Shown piece after piece: positions 49,215 to 64,000 of a stretch of DNA of 64,000 bases. The notes beneath the pieces were generated by a model. It was given only the letters and a program-made list of their open reading frames with translations, did not search any database and was not told where the DNA came from. Location: the NCBI RefSeq assembly GCF_009914755.1, contig NC_060934.1, one strand, 5' to 3'. The DNA comes from the human T2T-CHM13v2.0 reference genome, Homo sapiens. The translations under genes and the position numbers were made by a program. The first letter of the stretch is position 1; the number at the start of each line of letters is the position of its first letter.

Positions 49215-49524
49215 CCGGAGGAGTAATGAAAAGTAGTATTTGGTGATCAATGTGCTCAACAGGTAGTTCAGGCACAAACAATGACCCTCACAAAAATCAC
49301 ATTATTCTTGCATCTTGGGTTAGTTCTATACATGGGGTGATAAATCCATCCCAATTTGCTTTAGTCTTTCCTGCTTAGTAATAAATGTTGGGTATCCCTG
49401 GACCTCTTCAATCCCAGGTAATTCCTGGTTGATCACTAGCAATGAGTTTCCCAAGAACAACCTCAGATTCAGTCATTTGTTGGACAAATTAACAAGACTC
49501 AAATTACAGTTATAAATATAGTCT

Positions 49525-49836
49525 TTATTATTACTATTATTATTTGAGACAGAGTCTCACTCTGTCACCCAGGCTAGAGTACAGTGGCACAATCTCAGCT
49601 CACTGAAAACTCTGCCCCTCCCCCACTTCATCTCGGACTGAAACAATCCTCTCACCTCCGTCTCCCCAAATAGCTAGGACCACAGATGCGCGCTATTATG
49701 CCAGTTAAATTTTTGTATTTTTGGTAGGTACGGGGTTTCGCTATGTTGCCCAGGCTCAAGCTCCCAAACTCAAGGGATCCACCAGCCTCTGCCGCCCAAA
49801 ATGCTGCGATTACAGGCGTGAGCCACTGCAGGAAGC
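49525..49836 (-). mobile_element. AluJ-like element
   Basis: Diverged Alu with a (tta)n tail. Confidence 0.85.
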
Positions 49837-51587
49837 CTCCTAATTATTTTTAATATAGTGAAATTAACACATGGAAGAAGGCACATGGAAGGAACTACAG
49901 GAAGAATACAGTGCAAGTTCCTATGATTCCTCTCTCAGTGATGTTGCACAAAACACACTGACTTCCTCCAGCATCACATTTTGAGAATATAGGGGAAATG
50001 TTGTCTACAAGGGATGCTATTTGGACACTTCATTCCCAAGATTTACCTGGGTACTGATTACATTGACCCAGTCTGTGTACCACACACAAAACTCCAAGTC
50101 TTGTAAACAAAGCAGATATGTAGAAACCCCACACTTTGTACAAGCAGTTAATTATAGACAGCACCCTTATTAGTTAGGAAATGGTGAGAAATTCTGGCCT
50201 CCAACTTTGAAAACAGGTACATCTACGGGTGGCAGTCTGTTGTGTTCACTCCTTTCTACACAGCCATTAGCCATTCTGTGTGCATGACAGAAGTAAATAT
50301 GACGAGTAAAGACATACACTCCAAGGATGTAGATTTATACATAAGAAATTAACTGCAACCTGTAAAAGATTAGTAAAGTATATTTTAGTCTTAAAAAATA
50401 AGGACAACTTTTTTAGGAAAGATATAATTTCGGTGAAATTTAAAATTATTGATTTATCTACCAAATTTGGATAAAGATTTGATAGGTACATTTTTTAAAC
50501 AACAAAGCCATGAATAGAACAATTTTCTATTTTAATATGAGTATTTCAGAAGCTTTCTATTTTCAATGATATTAAAAGGAACTAGATGCCAGGTCTCACT
50601 GCCTTCCCCTGATACCAGCCCTGATCTTCTCTTTGCTGTGGAGGCACTCAAGGTTTACCAAGGCTAAAGCTTCCATGTTGTGCTTTTCCTTACTTCCCCC
50701 TCATGCCAATTTTCATTACAAAGTAAACCGCTAGTGTTGATGGTCTTCAAGATGTCTCTCTGTAAATTCTTACAATGTACAGTTGAGAAAAGTGAGACAA
50801 ATTTTATATGACTAGTCCTTATTCAAGCACTTAGTAGCCTTGGAATACACGTTTTCTTCCAGTATAGAAATAGTTCAGTCTAGAAAATAAAGTCTCCATT
50901 TTGCCTACTTTCATGTCAGGGGACCATCCATACCATTTTGATACAAATCTGATGCATATTAACATGGACCAAAAATCTAAAATTTCTCCTTCGAGGTTCT
51001 AGTTTTTTCTTAAAGTTATTTTTCCTTTTAATTTTCCTAGAGGTGAAAGTTGTACATGGGAACTTGTATTAAGTCCAAGACCAGTATTATTACTCTGTCA
51101 TGCTCAAGGCCACACAGCAGCTCAGCAATACTCTCCCTAAGAGTTTTCATATACCCCGTCTCCAGACACTGTTACCACAAAGATTTTGTTCGATCATGTA
51201 TACTTGGAAGAACAAACAATTTCTTCAATTATAGAAAGAAACGGAGAAACCATTCCACTGCAGTCAATCACCTACAAAAGGAAATGCCAGGCAGCGTTCT
51301 TCACTCTTGAGTTTTAAATATTCTGCAAAGCTGGGAACACCCATAAACAGAAGAAAAAAACAGTGCACAAAATAAAAGTAAGCAGTACACGACCATATGA
51401 CCAGACCCCAATGCAGAACAAAGATTGACTACCTTTTCTCTTTGAACATGGAATAGCTCTGGCCTATTAAAACAGACCAGGTGAGTCACGCAGAGTAACA
51501 CAGGAACACAAAGCTAAAACCCAAGTCATCTACTTATTCTAGCTTTGCTCTTTTAAATGCTCAACACTGAAAATATGATTATGTTAC

Positions 51588-51671
51588 CTCTGGAGGTACA
51601 CAGGTGCCAAATCCTAATACAGGCATGAAATGACCATCATTTAGCTCCACACACTGATATTTGGGATCCAT
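51588..51671 (-). pseudogene. Pseudogene exon 1
   Basis: [28 protein letters not shown]|gtaaca. Confidence 0.92.
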
Positions 51672-51953
51672 TGAATGTCATTCCTTTCGCTAAGCAGACA
51701 CGGTTTCCTTCTTCAACATCCAGCATTTATATTCACAGGTTGTATAAACAATGGGCAGGCAATGCTACACTGCCCACTGTCTGGGGCTGACCAATGTCAT
51801 GTAGGAAGAAGCAAGTGATGGTGTATTACACAGGCTATGAAGAAAATTGAATCCAGTGCACTTGTTTTTTATCAAAGAGAATTCTTAAGTACATTTTAAT
51901 ATAGTCAGAATAAAATCATTATTTTCTTACTAAAGTAAAATTTTCCATCTGGA

Positions 51954-52040
51954 ATCTATCTATCTATCTATCTGGCTATCTATTATCTATCTATCTATCA
52001 TCTATCATCTATCTATCTATCATCTATCATCTGTCTATCT
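51954..52040. repeat. (TATC)n / GATA tetranucleotide repeat
   Basis: atctatctatctatcta... with interruptions. Confidence 0.9.
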
Positions 52041-52710
52041 CATAAATTCCTCCAATAGATTTATAGAATGATTAATTATCATATGTTGGACTATAAAACA
52101 ACTCCAGCAACAAGTCTCGTTTTTGTTCATGCCGTGATGATGTTTCATCTTTATTTTATGTCATATAAATGATCAGTCATTGTACATCTTTCTCTCACAT
52201 GATGCTATTTAAAGGAATGACTAGTAAGCATTTTTTAACAGGTGACAATAAAAAAGTTAAACATTAAAACCAAAGAAAATTTCTCCTTTTACCTTTCCAT
52301 CAGCAAATATTTTGGGTTTTTTTTCTTTGCATTGTAGAAGGAATATTCATTCCTGATGAAAATGCAGTCCTGATGATGTTGTAATCCTGACAAGGGTTCA
52401 AAGGAAAAAGAAAATGCAGAAATTATGACATGATGTTTATTGGAGTATTAATTAACAATGTCTGGTCTTTGGACATCATTTGTAATATGGAAACAGTGCC
52501 TTATAGTATTTGTATCTTTCATATAGTTTTATAAGAAACTATCAAAGGTAATGTTCCAAAAAACTGGTAACTATTTTACATAATTTGTGATCCTGTTAAA
52601 TGTTATTCATAAAACTGGAATCTAATTACAATAAATTGGTGAATAATCCTCACATGCCTTAATTTTTACTTGTGTCTCTCTTTGGAGGGCAAATTTGAAT
52701 GTAATGATTG

Positions 52711-52965
52711 GGCCAGACACGTTGGCTCACACCCGTAATCCCAGCACTTTGGGAGGCTGAGGTAGGTCGATCACTTGAGATCCAGTGTTCAAGACCAGCC
52801 TGGCAAATATGACGAAACCTCGTCTCTACCAAAAATACAAAAATTAGCCACGTGTGGTGGCAAATGCCTATAATTCCAGCTACTCAAGAGGCTGAGGCAG
52901 GAGAATAAGTTGAACCCGGGAGGCAGAGGCTACAGTGAGCCAAGGTCGTACCACTGTATTCCAGT
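52711..52965 (+). mobile_element. Alu truncated at its 3' end (no poly-A)
   Basis: ggccagacacgttggctcac...actgtattccag, then unrelated sequence. Confidence 0.85.
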
Positions 52966-53623
52966 TTGCATGATCCATGATTAACATCCCTGATGAATCC
53001 ACACCAATATCTGTTGTTTTTTGACATTTTAAGAATAGTCATTCTCACTTGTGTAAAATGATATCTTAATGTGCTTTGCTATGTGTTTCATAAGTGTACA
53101 TTAAATGTAAATGGCTTAAATTTCCACATCAAAAGGACAATTTGCAGAATGGGTTTTAAAAAATCCAGGATGCAACTATATGTTCTGAATCAGAAACTTC
53201 CTTTAGAGGAGGACATAAATAGTGTGAACATGAAGGACAACAATAAGTATTTTAAGAAAATAGTAACCAAAGAAAAGGTGTGATAGCTGTACTAGAATCA
53301 GACGAAATAAAATTTAGTCAAAAATTCTGACAAGAGATAAACAAGATATAAAACACAGGCATATTTTATAGCTATTAAAAGTCACATTCCAGACCACCAA
53401 CATAAAGCAAATACCACAATAAAATGAATCACATAAATTTTTAAATTTCAACTGTATGTAAAAATTATGTTTACACTATTTTATATTAGGTAAGCAATAG
53501 TATCTGTCTAAGGAAACAATATACATATCTTAATTTAAACATTTTTTGTTACAAAATGCTAACAATTATCTGAACCTTCAGCAGGATGTAATCTTTTGGC
53601 TGCTAGAAACTATTCACTCACTG

Positions 53624-57297
<3,674 letters not shown>

Positions 57298-59461
57298 AGA
57301 AATTATTCCCTCACTGTTGATTGCTGCTGACTGATCAGGGTCATGGTTGCTGAGTTCTGAAATGACTGTGGCAATTTCTTAAATAAAATACAACAATGAA
57401 ATTTGCCTCATTGATAGACTTCTTTCATGAAAGATTTCTCTGTAGAGAGATTTCTCTGCTGTTTGACAGCTTACACAGTGTGGAACTTCTTTGAAAGTTG
57501 AAGTCAATTCTCTGTAACCCAGCCACTGCTTTATCAACTATCTTTTCATAATATTTTAAATCCTTTGTTGTCATTGCAGCAATATTTACAGCATCTTCAC
57601 CATCTCACAATGGTTAAGAAAAGAGTAGATTTCAACCCAAGAACAACTTTTTGTGCATTCATATGAAGGAACTCTTAATCTCTTAAAGTTTTATCATGAA
57701 ATTACAGCAATTCAGTCACATATTAAGGCTCTACTTCTCATTCTACCTTTCTTGCTATTTCCATTACATCTGCAGTTACCAAAGCCTTAACCCCCTTAAA
57801 ATCATCCATGAGAGTTGTAATTAACTTTTTCCAAACTTCTATTCATGTTGATATTTTGACATTTTCTTATGAATTTCTTACAAATTTTCATGATGGCATT
57901 CAGAATGCTGAATTCTTTCCAGAAGGCTTTCCATTTACTTTTCCTAGATTCATCAGAAGAATCATTATCTACAGCAGCTGTAACTGATTGAAATGTATTT
58001 TATGAACAATAAGACTTGAAAGTTAAAATTGCTCCTTTATCCATGTACTGAAGAATAAATATTGTGAAAGCAGTCATAAAAACAGAAGTAATCTTTTGGT
58101 ACCTCTGCATTAGAACTCTTTATTAACCAGGTGTATTGCCATTCAACAGTAATATTTTGAAAGGAATCTCTATTTTTGAGCAGGTTTCAACTTCTGCTTT
58201 TTATTTTAAACAGTAGACTTGAAATATTCAGTAACCATGCTATAAAGAGCTATGCTGTAAGACAGCTTTTTCTATTTATAGAGCATGGTTTTGAAATTAT
58301 AACAAAGCATTGGTTTTATCCTGAAATCACCAGGAATGGGAGCTACTAACACAAGAGTCAGCCTGTCTTTTGAATCCAGGCATTGACTTCCTTTTAAATA
58401 TGAAAGTCCTAGATGGCACCTTTTTTGGTACAAGGCCCTTTCATCTACATTCAAAATCGATTGCTTATTGTAGTCGCTTTCATTAATGATCTTACATAAA
58501 TCTTCTGGTTGACCTGCTGCAGATTCTCCATCACTACTTGCTTTATTTTGCACTTTTTTGTTATGGAAATGGCTTATTTTATTCAACCTCATGAATCAAC
58601 CTCTACTAGATTTCTAACATCTTCTCTGCCGCATCCTCACCTCTATGAGCCTTCATACACTTGAAGAGAGTTAAGGTCTTCTTCTGGATTAGGCTTTGGC
58701 CTAAGGGAATGTTGTGGCTGGTTGATCTTCTGTCCACGTCATTAAAACTTTCTTCTTATCAGTAGTAAAGCTTGTTTTGCATTCTAACCATTTCGTATTC
58801 ACTGGAGTAGCACTGTAGTTTCCTTAAAGAACTTTTCCTTTGTATTCACAACTTGGCTAATAATTAACACAATAGACCTAGCTTTCAACCTACCTCAGCC
58901 TTCAACATGCATTCCTCAATAAGCTTAATCATGTGTAGCTTTTGTGCTTAAATGAAAAATACGTTATTCTTTCTTTCATGTGAATATTTAGAGGTCACTG
59001 TAGGGTTACAATTTGACCTAGTTTTAACATCGTTATGTCTTAGGGTATAGGAAGGCCTGAACAGAGGGAAAGAGATAGGGGAACCACCTGTCACTGAAGC
59101 GGTCAGAAGACACACAATTATCTATTGCATTCACTATCTTATATGGGCACAGTTTAGGGTATCCCAAAACAAGTATAACAGTAACATCAAGATTACAGAT
59201 CAGACATTACCATAACAGATATAATAATACAGTGGAAGTTTGAAATATTGCAAAAATTACTGAAATGTGGGGAAAAAACACAGAGTGAACATGTGCTATT
59301 GGAAAAATGGTACTAACAGGCTTGTTCAATGCAGGGTTGCTACAAATGTTCAATTCCTTTTTTAAAAAAATACAGTATCTTTGAAGGACAAAAAAGTGAG
59401 TCATAACAAAATGAGGTGTACTGTGTTCATAAATGGGTTAATTTATAAGGAATATATCAAG

Positions 59462-62807
<3,346 letters not shown>

Positions 62808-63111
62808 AAAATTATTCAATAAAATAATGTTGCTTGGTTGTAACTAATGTTGATTGGTAAAGTTAAAAAAATTAGCTCAGGTATTTGAAATAACAGATCA
62901 AGCAATGTATCCATGACCTAAGAGCTTCTAGATATCCCGAGAGAGAAGCTTATGTCTCGTAATATAGAAAGTGCTAATAGTTTACAATATGAACTGTTTT
63001 TGCAGATGCATAAACTATCCACATTACCATACTCCACAATTTGTGAAAGGCCAGGAAATTAGTGACTCTATATATGATACTTTTGAATAGTTATGGAAAA
63101 CTATTCAAAAT

Positions 63112-63278
63112 AACCCACTCTATGGGTTGTCTGTTTACTCTGCTGACTGTTCCTTTTGCCATGCAAAAGCTCTTTAGTTTAATTAGGTCCCAGCTACTTA
63201 TCTTTGCTTTTATTGCATTTGCTTTTGGGTTCTTGGTCATGAAATCATTGCCTAAGCCAATGTCTAGAAGGGTTATCT
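63112..63278 (-). mobile_element. Short L1 ORF2 fragment
   Basis: cccactctatgggttgtctgtttactctg...ctagaaggg. Confidence 0.75.
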
Positions 63279-63383
63279 TCTCAAATGGAAAGCTTTGTCA
63301 CTAATGGTATGTCTGTGATTATCGGGTATTAAGATCACTCACTCAGGATGTACTGGTTCTAGGTGTGTAGAGAAATTAGATAC

Positions 63384-64000
63384 TGTCTTAGTACATTTGT
63401 GTTGCTATAAAGGCATACCCGAAGGTGAATAATTTATAAAGAAGTCTCTTTGGCTCATGGTTCTGCATACTGTACAAGAAGCATGGCACTGGTATCTGGT
63501 AGGCCTCTGGTGAGGGCCCCAGGCTGCTTCCATTCATGGCAAAAGGAGACGTGGAGTTAGCATGCGCTGACGTCAGATGGTGAGATAGGAAAGCAATAGA
63601 AGGCGAGTAAGGTGCCAGGCTCTTTTTAACAAGCAGCCATCAAGAAAAGAAATAATGCAAGAATTCACTCACTACTGCAGGCAGAGCACCAAGCCACTCA
63701 TGATGGATCTGTCCCAATGACCATAACAATCCCACTAGGCCCCACTTCCTACATTAAGAACTCAGCATATGGTTTAGAGGGTCAAATATCGCAATTACAG
63801 CATTCTTCCCCTGGCCCAGCACCAACTTAAAATTCCAAAGTACAAAAGTTCATCTCAGACTCAAGGCAAGTTCCTGCTGGTTATGAGCCTGTGAAGTCAA
63901 AAACAAGTTATTTGCTTTTGAAGTACAACATCGTTATCAGTTGTGAGTAAACATTCCTTTTCCAGAAGGTAAAAAATTAACCAAAAAAAAAAATGGTGTG
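63384..64000 (-). mobile_element. MST LTR plus internal fragment (paralogue of 34058-34830)
   Basis: Same element and same upstream flank as at 34 kb. Confidence 0.8.

Larger units (their letters stand above)
36210..51671 (-). pseudogene. AKR1C5P: Unprocessed AKR1C pseudogene with exons 1, 2, 6, 7, 8 and 9; exons 3-5 deleted
   Basis: Exons 51588-51671 (84), 49047-49214 (168), 40165-40274 (110), 39728-39893 (166), 38539-38621 (83) and 36210-36252 (43) match AKR1C3 exon sizes exactly. Stops at codons 66 and 250; acceptors of exons 2 and 9 mutated. Symbol inferred from position and orientation. Confidence 0.9.

Noticed and set aside
36210-51671. Second functional AKR1C enzyme
   Set aside because: Two nonsense codons, two dead splice acceptors, and loss of exons 3-5 including His117.

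Overview
Human (or very close primate) genomic DNA from the aldo-keto reductase AKR1C cluster (10p15 by recollection). The window holds one intact 9-exon gene on the + strand, AKR1C3 (CDS 10970-24005, 323 aa, all introns GT-AG). A convergent unprocessed AKR1C pseudogene lies on the - strand (51671 to 36210; position fits AKR1C5P). Most other sequence is transposable elements: L1PA/L1PB/L1M, Alu, Tigger, MER9, MER11, MLT2/HERVL, MST and MER75. Nearly all long ORFs in the track are broken L1 ORF2 pieces. The most notable structure is the pseudogene. Its promoter and exons 1, 2, 6 and 7 look AKR1C4-like, but exons 8-9 look AKR1C8/AKR1C15-like, so it appears to be a chimera. Its exons 3-5 are replaced by an L1PB with no target-site duplication. 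Its 3' flank is duplicated about 29 kb away at the right edge of the window. I see no evidence of a wholly new gene system; the findings concern gene-cluster evolution, retrotransposon structure and regulation. Paralogue, repeat-family and SNP assignments come from memory and need alignment checks.
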